Positions 27,394 to 36,602 of a stretch of DNA of 64,000 nucleotides are shown piece by piece. This DNA is from Candidatus Nomurabacteria bacterium. GTDB lineage: Bacteria; Patescibacteriota; Minisyncoccia; Phycocordibacterales; UBA9973. The notes under the pieces were generated by a model that was not told the origin of the DNA, made no database searches, and saw only the letters and a program-made list of their open reading frames with translations. Each line of letters starts with the position of its first letter. The stretch's first letter is position 1. Location of the stretch: positions 10,748 to 74,747 of the forward strand of contig JAPLXO010000011.1 in NCBI GenBank assembly GCA_026396065.1. Direction: 5' to 3'. The translations under genes and the position numbers were made by a program.

Positions 27394-28266
27394 CTATTTT
27401 ACGAATTTATTTGTGAGCATTGTGTAGCATAGCTGCGCTGCGCCGTATTCTGTGAGGACTGTTTCTTTTTGTGGAGAAACTTCTACTATATCAGCACCGA
27501 CGAGAGTTTTTTTGTTGATTAATTTTTCAATTAAATCTATTCCATACCACCATTCGAGTCCACCTTGGACTGCTGTGCCTGTGCCAGGCATATGCGCGGG
27601 GTCGAAACCGTCGACATCGATAGTGATGTAAACATATTTTGTCTTAAAAGCTTTTAGGATTGTTTCTATTGTTGGAATTTTTCCACGGCCCCATTCAAAA
27701 GTGGTGACATTATTTTTTTTGTTTGAAAAAAATTTATATTCATCTGTAGAATAAGTGCGAATTCCTACTTGAACTAGAGGGAAACCTAGCTCACTAGCAC
27801 GGCGCATGACACAAGAGTGCGCATAATTGGTAGGATCATCACTATAATCACTATCATCATTTCGTAAATCACAATGTGCATCTATTTGTAAAATAGTCAC
27901 ATCTTTTGGATTATATTTTTTTGCTAATGCTTTGAATGCTCCTAGAGATACTGAATGCTCTCCACCTAAAAGAAAAACGAATTTATCTTTCAAAGATTCA
28001 CATTTATCTGAAATTTTTGTTAAAACTTTTTCTGGAGATAGAGCTGCCACATTGCCCAAATCTTGATAAGCGATTTTCATAAAATCAGTCGCTTCTTTCT
28101 TTAATTTACGATCAAAGAATTCTATTTGTTTTGATAATTGACCTACTACAGCTTTTGGCCCAGCTAGGGTGCCTTTGTGTGAAGAAGCTGTCTTTTCATA
28201 ACCTACTGATAAAATCACTGCGTCTGCATTGTTAATATTTTTTTCGTTTATTATTGAATTTGCCAT
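27394..28266 (-). CDS. Arginase/agmatinase/formiminoglutamase-family ureohydrolase
   Basis: 290 aa; GGEHSVSLG, DAHCDLR, ITIDVDGFDP metal-binding motifs of the arginase fold. Confidence 0.75.
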   Translation of the reverse strand: MANSIINEKNINNADAVILSVGYEKTASSHKGTLAGPKAVVGQLSKQIEFFDRKLKKEATDFMKIAYQDLGNVAALSPEKVLTKISDKCESLKDKFVFLLGGEHSVSLGAFKALAKKYNPKDVTILQIDAHCDLRNDDSDYSDDPTNYAHSCVMRRASELGFPLVQVGIRTYSTDEYKFFSNKKNNVTTFEWGRGKIPTIETILKAFKTKYVYITIDVDGFDPAHMPGTGTAVQGGLEWWYGIDLIEKLINKKTLVGADIVEVSPQKETVLTEYGAAQLCYTMLTNKFVK

Positions 28267-28286
28267 AGATACATCTTACAAGAATC

Positions 28287-28315
28287 GCCCCGCTTTTGCA
28301 AAAGCAAAAGCGGGG
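28287..28315. promoter_or_regulatory. Perfect GC-rich 13-bp palindrome (gccccgcttttgc-aaa-gcaaaagcggggc) between divergent genes
   Basis: Read directly; ~20 nt upstream of the minus-strand start at 28266 and just upstream of the TTGACA-N17-TAGACT promoter-like hexamers (28329-28356) of the Rhs gene. Confidence 0.45.
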
Positions 28316-28362
28316 CAGATATAGGTGCTTGACACCTTTTTCCAAAGTGCTAGACTTTTTGT

Positions 28363-31300
28363 ATGCAAACATTAATTAGGCATCTGTCTAGTATTTTGTT
28401 CAAAAAGCCAAATTGGCATTTTTCTTCTAAAAATTTTATATTGAAAATTAAAAAATCACTATGCATCACAGTGATTTTTTCTTTTATATTCACTCCGACT
28501 TTTTCTATTTTTGCACAAGAAATAAAAGAAATTCCAAAAATAGCTGAAGTCGCTGTAAAAGAGACAACAATTTCAAGGGAAGCATCAAGAATTTTTCCAG
28601 ATAAAGAAAACACTGATTTAATAAAACCAATTACAAATACAATTATTTCTGTTGCAGAAGATATAAAAACAGACCCTGCATTAGAAAAGTTACCACCAGA
28701 GCAAACAGCGGTCGATTCAAATTCTGATTCAAATACAGATGAAAATAGTTCACAAAATAAAACACTCGCTCCAATTCTTCCTGGTGCAATTCCAGAAAAA
28801 CCACAAGATCAAAAGAAAGATGCTATTCCACAAATGAATTCTAATACTGGTGCTTTGAGTTATTCTTATTCAATTAATTTACCAAAAGGAACTGGCGGAT
28901 ATACACCAACACTTTCTTTAAATTACAACTCACAGAATGATGATAATTTTGGAAATCTTGGTCATGGTTGGGAATTGTCTATTCCAAATATTTCACGAAA
29001 AAATACACATGGAACCCAAGAACTTTATAATAGGAAAGACTTCAATTCTTCATTGGATGGAAATTTAGTAAAAGTTGATATCCAAGGGAATTTAGAAAAA
29101 TATTTACCTGAATCACTTTCTACTGCTTATAATACTTATATTTTAGATACCTCTACAAACATTTGGACCCTTACAACAAAAGATGGACAAATTTTTATTT
29201 TTGGTGCCAATACCGATAGCCGTCAAGATGATCCAAATAATCTCGCACATATTTATAAATGGATGCTTTCGTCTCAAATGGATAATAATTCAAATACAAT
29301 CACTTATACATACACAAAAAACCAAAATGCTATTTACCCACTAAACATTCATTATGCTATTTTTGACATAAATTTTTTAACAGAATCTCGTAATGATGAT
29401 TTACAACAAAAAACAACTAGCTTTTCAGTAACGAATGCATTTAGAATTAAAAATATTCAAATTTTTGAAAATTCAATTTTGAGAAATGACTATTCCTTAG
29501 AATATATTTATAGTCCTACAAATAATAAATCGCTATTACATGGTATAAAAATAAATAATACCAATGAAACAAGCTTTGATTATCAAAATACAATAACTGG
29601 TTGGACTTACGATACACATTTATCAAATGTTTTTCCTATTCCTTTTTTAAATCCTAATAACTCTCAGCCGTATGGAATGCGAGTAGCTGATATAAATGGC
29701 GATGGACTGCTCGATGTACTTTGTAGTAATTACAATTTACCTTCAAGCGGTTGTTATAACAATACATCAAAAATTTTTTTGAATACTGGAGATGGTTGGC
29801 AAGATGTAAGTAGTACTTGGACTTTTCCAATAAAACATGATTCTGCTATTAATGGCGGTACAGAATTAGAAAGATTTGCAGACAGTTCTTATGGCTCTAA
29901 TTCTAGCTATAGTACAGGGTTACAACTTATGGATATAAATGGAGATGGTTTAAATGATTTAATTCGAGGAAATGGTCAATTAAATTATATTTATTTAAAT
30001 AATGGTTCTGGTTGGGTATACAATACACAACTATCAAATGCTTTTCCGATGAGTTTTTTTAATAATAACAATCAAGATTATGGTATGCGAGTAGCCGATA
30101 TAAATGGTGATGGACTACTCGATGTACTTTGTAGTAATGGTATTAATGGTTATGGTAGTGGTTGCGGACAAACCAATCCTAAAATTTTTTTGAATACTGG
30201 AGATGGTTGGCAAGATGTAAGTAGTACTTGGACTTTTCCATTAAATCAATACAATATTATATATAATAATTTTCCAGTAAATACTGAATCTTTTGTAGAT
30301 TATTATAATAATCCTACAGGTTTACAAATTTTAGATGTAAATGGAGACGGTTTAAATGATTTAATTCGTACTGGTAATCCATATAAATTTATTTATATAA
30401 ATAATGGTCATGGGTGGACATATGATGCTTATATATCAAACGTTTTTCCTTTGACCTTTTTAAGTGTTGCTAATAATCATTTTGATCAAGAATATGGTAT
30501 GCGAGTAGGTGATATAAATGGTGACGGGCTATCTGATATTCTTTGTCATAATACAATGACTTCTGGCGCCTTATGTAATGATACTAATCCAAAAATTTAT
30601 ATAAATAAAATTAGTTGGCAAGACGTAAGTAGTACTTGGACTTTTCCAATAAGTAATTATGATTTGATACATTCCTATGTTAGCGTAAAAGAAGCATTTG
30701 GTAGTAATTATGGAAATATTACAGGGTTACAACTTATGGATATAAATGGAGATGGTTTAAATGATTTAATTCGTAGTCGCTATGCTTTCAATGATGTTTA
30801 TTTAAATAATAATCAAACCAAAGTTAATGTTTTAACTAAAATTACATACCTAACAGGAGGAATTACAGATATTGCTTATAAATCTTCAACAAAATATTTA
30901 GATTCATCTGGTAATCTTTTAAATCCCAACTTACCTTATCCGGTTCAAGTTGTTCAAAATATAAAAAATACAGACCCAGTTCGTAATATTGCAAGTCGAC
31001 ATCAGTATGAATATTCTGGTGGAGATAAAAGATATGATGGAGCATTTGATCATAAATTTTCTGGTTTTGGAAAAGTAATAGATAAAGAAACTAATTTTGA
31101 CGGATCTACAGTATATTCACAAAAAAATATTTATTATCATCAAGGAAATGGCGATGATTTAGCTAGTGGTGAAGCTAGTGATGCTAAAGCAAAAATAGGT
31201 CAAGCATATCGTACTGATATTTTAGATAATTCTGGAAATATTTTAGATAGTTCATACTCTAATACTAGTATAGTGAATATTTATACAGAGACGGGTGCTG

Positions 31301-34300
31301 GGTGTAATTATCCAGAAGTTTGTGATAGCGTCGACATGGTAAAGAGAGACGATAATATCCATGAAGTTTTCAACCATACAACAGGTGAACAAAGTAGCTC
31401 TGCTCAAAGTTTTACTTATGATAGTAATGGAAATATGATTGAACAAATAGAATATGAAAATGTTTCAGTTGATTCTCTTTTCAATTTTACGAATATTGGT
31501 GAAACACGAAAAAATGAAATGACTTATGTGTGTGGCGCGCTGGCATATGCCAGCGCGCCTAGATGTGAAGTATCCTCTGAAACACTCAAAGATAATAATA
31601 ATCTTATAGTAAAAAACGCTCTCCATTACTATGACAATTTACCATTTGGACAAATATCTACTGGTAATGGTACAAAAGATCAAAATTTAAAAATTGGTTA
31701 TACATACTCAGAACACAATTTTACTTTTGATAATTACGGAAATCTTTTGAGTGATACAGACCCACTTGGAAATGTAACAAGTTATATCTATGATGTAAAT
31801 AATATTTTACCTATCACTGTGACAAACGCTCTGGGACAAAGTAAACATTTTAGTTATGATTTTACTTTTGATGTACCACTTACAATTATAGATGAAAATA
31901 ATTTTACTTCAGACTTTACATACGATATTTTTGGTAGAAATTTGACTAAATCAATAAACAGCATTCTTTTAGAATCTAATATTTATAATGATGTGCCAAA
32001 CAATACATCAATTATTAAAACTTTTTATCCCACCTCTAACTCCACAACTATTTCTATTTCGTATTTAGATGGGCTAGGCAGAAAAATTCAAAATAAAACC
32101 TTACGTGAAGATGGTCAGTATGATACGATAGATACGATTTATTCAGATAGGGGACTAACAGATTCAAATTCACTACCTTATATTTCGTTCAATTCTACAT
32201 TATCACCAGCCACGGTGACACAGGCATTACTCACAAATTCAAATTATGATGTCTTGGGACGAGTAATTTCTACTACAAATGCACTAGGAACTTCTACAAT
32301 GTCCTACGATTTAAATGAAATGACTACCACGGATGCAAATGGTAAACAAAAGAAAATTACCACAGATAATTTTGGCCGATTAATATCAGTTACTGAATAT
32401 TTATCTGGCATACCTTACACCACACATTATACTTATCGTGCAGATGATGTATTACTAAATATTACAGATGCACTAGGTAATGTACGTAATTTTATTTATG
32501 ATAATAAAGGCGAAAAAAATTTAGCCGAAGATTTACATAATCCTACAGACACAAACTTTGGTGTTTATAGATATGATTATGATTTAGCTGGAAATATTAC
32601 TAGATATACAAACCCTAGACATCAAATGATATATTATACTTACGACACTTTAAACCGTTTACTTACTGAAGATTCAAATTCTACTGCCACTACAGATATT
32701 TCTTACTATTATGATTCTTGCCAAAATGGAATTACAAAACTTTGTAATGTTATAAAAACAAATACCAATACAAGTTATAAATATGATAACTTTGGAAATA
32801 TTGTTACAGAAAATCAAATGATCAATACTATGGTTTTTGAAACAAACTACGCATATTATGCTTCTGGATTATTAAGAAAGATAACATATCCAGATTCTTC
32901 TATTTCAGAGGCAAATTATACTTCTATGGGACGACCAGACAATATCTTATTTCAAAGTGATATAACATCTACACCAAGTATGATAGCTAGAATTAGTAGC
33001 TATCATACTTCTGGAAAACCAGACTCAATAATTTATGGTAATGGAGTAATTACAGATTTTGTTTATGATTCTACTAAAATGTATTCTTTGCAAAATCAAA
33101 AAAGTACAGATTTAGCAGGAAATATTTTTGAAAATCGCACTTATTCTTATGATGCAGTTTTGAATCCTACAAACATTACTGATATTGGAAATAATATAAA
33201 TGCAGGAAGTTCTGTCTACACTTATGATGATTTATATAGACTAACAACTTCTGTATTTACACCATCTGCGGGTACACCTATTACTAATTCGTGGACTTAT
33301 AATATTCTAGGAAATATTTTAACTCATAATGCCAATGTGTATGCTTATACTGGTAATATTGGAACATTTTACGCAAATCCACATGCGGTGACGAGTATTG
33401 GGCATGATTATTTATCTTATGACAAGTCTGGAAATTTAGTTAATTATTTAAATAAAAATTTTAGTTACAATTATAAAAATGAAATGACAAGTTCAAACAC
33501 AGGCACAATTTCGAATTATCTTTACAACCAATTTGGTTCCAGGGTATTTTATCAAAATGGTACCCATACAATTTACACTCCAAATGATATTTATACCTTA
33601 GAAGGAGCAGATAAGATTAAACAAATTTCTCTTGGTTCATTTCATGTTGCTGATGTTAAAAATTCTCTTGTAAACGGAGGGTTTGGACATCAAGGTGCAA
33701 TTCCACAACATGTTGATACTTTAAATTTCTTCCACACTGATACACTCGGCTCCACTCGCTTCGTGACGGATGAAAATGGTATAATAGAGCAAAGCTTGGA
33801 TTACAATCCATTTGGAGATATTCGAGTAGACAATCATAGTACTTTTAATTCAAAAGAAAAATTTATCGGCGAGAGGTTTGACGATGACACAGGTTTGAAT
33901 TATCTTAATGCGAGATATTACAATTCCGCCAACGGTCAATTCGTCTCCGAAGATCCAATGTTCTGGTCTATGCCAAAAGAATACTTCACTGATCCACAAC
34001 AGTGGAATAGTTACAGCTACGCGAGAAATAATCCGATTTCTCTTAGTGATCCAAGCGGAAAGTTTTCAATTTCTGAATTAGGTAACCAAGCAAAAAGCAT
34101 CGGAAGCAAAATCGCCGATTCAGTAAAAAATTTGTTTGGAGGGAATAAGGCAACTCCTTCTATACCAAAATATCTTGAGGCACCGAAAAATAACCAAAGT
34201 AGTGTTGGACATATTAGAAGTACCTACCTTTCTGTTACGTTTACTAAAGGGGCTGATAACCTTGTAAATCCTAAAACAGTCAATGGCTATGATAAAATCT

Positions 34301-34614
34301 TTAAGGAATCGAGTAAACTTGGTGTAAATTCAGTTAATTTTTATGCAACAACGAATCACGCTTCTGATACTGGTGGTTTCTCTTGGCACGATTCTGGTTT
34401 AGCTGGTGATATTAATATGGTAAATGGAATTCATGTTTCTAAAGATAATTCCTATGCAAAGATTTTACAAGAAGTATCTAGCAATCTTTCTGAAGTTAGA
34501 GAAAACTTTGGACCCTTTATGATTACACATAGCGAAAAGACTTATACACCTGCACAGTATCTAAAATTAAGTGATGGTCACCAAGATCACATACATACTT
34601 CTTTTAATCAATAA
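28363..34614 (+). CDS. Tc-toxin BC-like / Rhs-family polymorphic toxin: signal peptide, SpvB domain, FG-GAP-like repeats, YD repeats, RHS core, unrecognised C-terminal domain
   Basis: SpvB-like (TGALSYSYSINLPKGTGGYTPTLSLNYNS...GHGWELSIPNISRK); five repeats of DINGDGL(L/N)D; many YD repeats (Y.YD..GN); RHS core end (YNPFGDIRV...GLNYLNARYYNSANGQFVSEDP), then a ~220-aa unrecognised tail. An alternative in-frame TTG start at 28441 gives a cleaner signal peptide. Confidence 0.8.
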   Translation: MQTLIRHLSSILFKKPNWHFSSKNFILKIKKSLCITVIFSFIFTPTFSIFAQEIKEIPKIAEVAVKETTISREASRIFPDKENTDLIKPITNTIISVAEDIKTDPALEKLPPEQTAVDSNSDSNTDENSSQNKTLAPILPGAIPEKPQDQKKDAIPQMNSNTGALSYSYSINLPKGTGGYTPTLSLNYNSQNDDNFGNLGHGWELSIPNISRKNTHGTQELYNRKDFNSSLDGNLVKVDIQGNLEKYLPESLSTAYNTYILDTSTNIWTLTTKDGQIFIFGANTDSRQDDPNNLAHIYKWMLSSQMDNNSNTITYTYTKNQNAIYPLNIHYAIFDINFLTESRNDDLQQKTTSFSVTNAFRIKNIQIFENSILRNDYSLEYIYSPTNNKSLLHGIKINNTNETSFDYQNTITGWTYDTHLSNVFPIPFLNPNNSQPYGMRVADINGDGLLDVLCSNYNLPSSGCYNNTSKIFLNTGDGWQDVSSTWTFPIKHDSAINGGTELERFADSSYGSNSSYSTGLQLMDINGDGLNDLIRGNGQLNYIYLNNGSGWVYNTQLSNAFPMSFFNNNNQDYGMRVADINGDGLLDVLCSNGINGYGSGCGQTNPKIFLNTGDGWQDVSSTWTFPLNQYNIIYNNFPVNTESFVDYYNNPTGLQILDVNGDGLNDLIRTGNPYKFIYINNGHGWTYDAYISNVFPLTFLSVANNHFDQEYGMRVGDINGDGLSDILCHNTMTSGALCNDTNPKIYINKISWQDVSSTWTFPISNYDLIHSYVSVKEAFGSNYGNITGLQLMDINGDGLNDLIRSRYAFNDVYLNNNQTKVNVLTKITYLTGGITDIAYKSSTKYLDSSGNLLNPNLPYPVQVVQNIKNTDPVRNIASRHQYEYSGGDKRYDGAFDHKFSGFGKVIDKETNFDGSTVYSQKNIYYHQGNGDDLASGEASDAKAKIGQAYRTDILDNSGNILDSSYSNTSIVNIYTETGAGCNYPEVCDSVDMVKRDDNIHEVFNHTTGEQSSSAQSFTYDSNGNMIEQIEYENVSVDSLFNFTNIGETRKNEMTYVCGALAYASAPRCEVSSETLKDNNNLIVKNALHYYDNLPFGQISTGNGTKDQNLKIGYTYSEHNFTFDNYGNLLSDTDPLGNVTSYIYDVNNILPITVTNALGQSKHFSYDFTFDVPLTIIDENNFTSDFTYDIFGRNLTKSINSILLESNIYNDVPNNTSIIKTFYPTSNSTTISISYLDGLGRKIQNKTLREDGQYDTIDTIYSDRGLTDSNSLPYISFNSTLSPATVTQALLTNSNYDVLGRVISTTNALGTSTMSYDLNEMTTTDANGKQKKITTDNFGRLISVTEYLSGIPYTTHYTYRADDVLLNITDALGNVRNFIYDNKGEKNLAEDLHNPTDTNFGVYRYDYDLAGNITRYTNPRHQMIYYTYDTLNRLLTEDSNSTATTDISYYYDSCQNGITKLCNVIKTNTNTSYKYDNFGNIVTENQMINTMVFETNYAYYASGLLRKITYPDSSISEANYTSMGRPDNILFQSDITSTPSMIARISSYHTSGKPDSIIYGNGVITDFVYDSTKMYSLQNQKSTDLAGNIFENRTYSYDAVLNPTNITDIGNNINAGSSVYTYDDLYRLTTSVFTPSAGTPITNSWTYNILGNILTHNANVYAYTGNIGTFYANPHAVTSIGHDYLSYDKSGNLVNYLNKNFSYNYKNEMTSSNTGTISNYLYNQFGSRVFYQNGTHTIYTPNDIYTLEGADKIKQISLGSFHVADVKNSLVNGGFGHQGAIPQHVDTLNFFHTDTLGSTRFVTDENGIIEQSLDYNPFGDIRVDNHSTFNSKEKFIGERFDDDTGLNYLNARYYNSANGQFVSEDPMFWSMPKEYFTDPQQWNSYSYARNNPISLSDPSGKFSISELGNQAKSIGSKIADSVKNLFGGNKATPSIPKYLEAPKNNQSSVGHIRSTYLSVTFTKGADNLVNPKTVNGYDKIFKESSKLGVNSVNFYATTNHASDTGGFSWHDSGLAGDINMVNGIHVSKDNSYAKILQEVSSNLSEVRENFGPFMITHSEKTYTPAQYLKLSDGHQDHIHTSFNQ

Positions 34615-34616
34615 CA

Positions 34617-35063
34617 ATGAAAGACAATATAAATAAAATAAATATAGTGGAAAAGATTTGTATTTTGGTACTTTTTATTTTAATTTTCTATTTTATAAAT
34701 ATTTATTTTTTTAAAAAACCTAAAATTACCTTGGGAACTTTCACTGAAATCCCCAAAGATTTAATGGACTCAGGATGTACTTTCTACTGGAATCAAAGTG
34801 ACTTGGATAAAAAAGAAATAGCATTAATTGACACGTTCGGTTCTGGTGCTTTAATAGTTATTAACGGTAATTCTGAAAAATTAAAAGAGGTTCGTAATGG
34901 GGATCTTCTAAATTTTTCAAATGATAAATTTGAGGTAAAAATAAATATTATTAAAAGTACCTTAAATAATAACGAAGGTACTTACGAAGAAGGTATTTTA
35001 ACTGTTATTGGCAAAGATGGTGAAAGTACTTCAAAAAATGTTTTGGGTTATTGTGGATCATGA
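34617..35063 (+). CDS. Hypothetical membrane-anchored protein, candidate immunity protein for the Rhs C-terminal toxin
   Basis: 148 aa; N-terminal TM; starts 3 nt after the Rhs stop. Assignment is positional inference only. Confidence 0.4.
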   Translation: MKDNINKINIVEKICILVLFILIFYFINIYFFKKPKITLGTFTEIPKDLMDSGCTFYWNQSDLDKKEIALIDTFGSGALIVINGNSEKLKEVRNGDLLNFSNDKFEVKINIIKSTLNNNEGTYEEGILTVIGKDGESTSKNVLGYCGS

Positions 35064-35131
35064 TAATACATTGCTTTTATTACGAATAGTTGTATCATTA
35101 AAGTATTATTATTATTAAATACACTTTATAT

Positions 35132-35377
35132 ATGAAAAAATTAGTTATCTCGTCTTTTTTAGTTTTATCTTTGTTTGGTTTCATGGCTATTAGCTTAAAT
35201 ACAGCTGACGCTTCTGTCCGTGTACGTGGTTATACTACAAAACGTGGTACATATGTTGCTCCTTCATATCGTTCAAATCCAGATAGTTCTAGATATAATA
35301 ACTATTCAACAAAAGGCAATTACAATCCTTATACTGGTAAAAAAGGTTACACAGACCCTTACAAATATAATTGGTAA
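35132..35377 (+). CDS. Small secreted Tyr-rich hypothetical protein
   Basis: 81 aa; signal peptide ...NTADA/SV; repeated (R/K)GYT..(K/R)G.Y.PY units. Confidence 0.4.
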   Translation: MKKLVISSFLVLSLFGFMAISLNTADASVRVRGYTTKRGTYVAPSYRSNPDSSRYNNYSTKGNYNPYTGKKGYTDPYKYNW

Positions 35378-35382
35378 AAATT

Positions 35383-35757
35383 ATGGACAAAATAAATAAA
35401 TTATCTTTGCCCGCATCGATTTTAATAGCTAGTATTGTATTTGGTGGTTTTTATTACTTTAGCCAACTTAATAAACAAAAATCTATAGAACGAATGCAGG
35501 AAACTGCATTAGCCCAAGAAAAAAAATCAGAAAATAGTAGTGTTGAAAAACAAATTCAAGATGAATATAGAAAAGAATGTGAGGCATCACAAAATAAAAC
35601 AATAGAACAGCTAAATGATTTTTTAGATACTTGTTCAAAGTACAACTCAGAAAGTTATTGTTTAAACTCTGAAGCTGGTAAATTGTATCAAGGGGAACTA
35701 ACTCCAGAATCTATTCAAGCGTGTATTAACAATAAAAAGCTTAAGTATTCTCAATAG
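35383..35757 (+). CDS. Hypothetical membrane-anchored protein
   Basis: 124 aa from MDKINKL; one TM; four Cys in the exported part. Confidence 0.35.
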   Translation: MDKINKLSLPASILIASIVFGGFYYFSQLNKQKSIERMQETALAQEKKSENSSVEKQIQDEYRKECEASQNKTIEQLNDFLDTCSKYNSESYCLNSEAGKLYQGELTPESIQACINNKKLKYSQ

Positions 35758-35796
35758 GTTAAGTTGTGGAAATACTTTTAATAGAATTATATTAAT

Positions 35797-36030
35797 ATGG
35801 ATAATCTCAACTTTGGTAAACCACTACAAGATCATTCTCAAGAAGAATTGTTCTTTTTAATGAATAATAGTAGTTCAGAATTTGGTCTTCAAGCCCAATA
35901 CGAGCTTATGCGTAAATTATCGCTAGAAGATTCAAGGTCATCTAAGAGGTTCGGAAGATGGTCTCTTTTTATAGCCACCATTTCAATTTTTATTTCTATA
36001 ACTCTTAGCATTATTCAAATTTACCACTGA
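35797..36030 (+). CDS. Small hypothetical protein with C-terminal TM helix
   Basis: 77-aa ORF; tail-anchored topology. Confidence 0.3.
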   Translation: MDNLNFGKPLQDHSQEELFFLMNNSSSEFGLQAQYELMRKLSLEDSRSSKRFGRWSLFIATISIFISITLSIIQIYH

Positions 36031-36108
36031 ACTTTTCACTTGAACTCACAAGAGTGGAGTGATTTTAAACTTTACCCAACTAAAGTTTAATTGTTTAAAA
36101 TTCTAAAC

Positions 36109-36585
36109 TTAAAAATTCAAAAATTTAGGGTAGTTTTTGGAGATTGAGAGGAGGGAATTGGACTTGAAGTTGGAGAGGATTTGGGGTGGGAGAAGTTTTA
36201 TGTCATCGTGGAGATTTATCCAGCGGATTTCGGAAAGTTCGTGGCTGTGCGTACCTTTTAATTTTTTAATATCTAGATAATCTCGTGAATTTGTAATTTC
36301 GAAAAAGAATTCGATGGATTGCTTGGTTTCTTTTTCGATAAAATTATGAATATAAAGGAGCCTGCCAATTTGTGGCTCGATGCCAAATTCTTCAAAAATT
36401 TCTCTTTTCATCGCATCTTCGATATTTTCACCCCATTCCATATGCCCACCCGGCAAAGCATAAAAATCTAAACCGTGATTGTGCTTCACCACCAAAAGTT
36501 TACCTTCGTGTACTATCACAGCCCTGCACCGTACCGCAAATTTTTTTTCTTCTGTATTTTTCATATTTAGATTATAGCATTTCAT
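36109..36585 (-). CDS. NUDIX hydrolase
   Basis: NUDIX box GGHMEWGENIEDAMKREIFEEFGI (G.5E.7REUXEEXGU). Confidence 0.8.
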   Translation of the reverse strand: MKCYNLNMKNTEEKKFAVRCRAVIVHEGKLLVVKHNHGLDFYALPGGHMEWGENIEDAMKREIFEEFGIEPQIGRLLYIHNFIEKETKQSIEFFFEITNSRDYLDIKKLKGTHSHELSEIRWINLHDDIKLLPPQILSNFKSNSLLSISKNYPKFLNF

Positions 36586-36602
36586 GTTATAATAAAACCA
36601 TT

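Noticed and set aside
28363-34614. Full Tc toxin complex (TcA+TcB+TcC)
   Set aside because: Only the BC-like/Rhs component is present. No large TcA-like pentameric translocator gene lies nearby, so an Rhs-type polymorphic toxin is the more conservative call.
36372-36602. N-terminal extension of the EamA transporter ORF overlapping the NUDIX gene
   Set aside because: The overlap is antisense to the conserved NUDIX box. A clean start (MHWLLIAIW...) exists at 36603, right after the NUDIX start.
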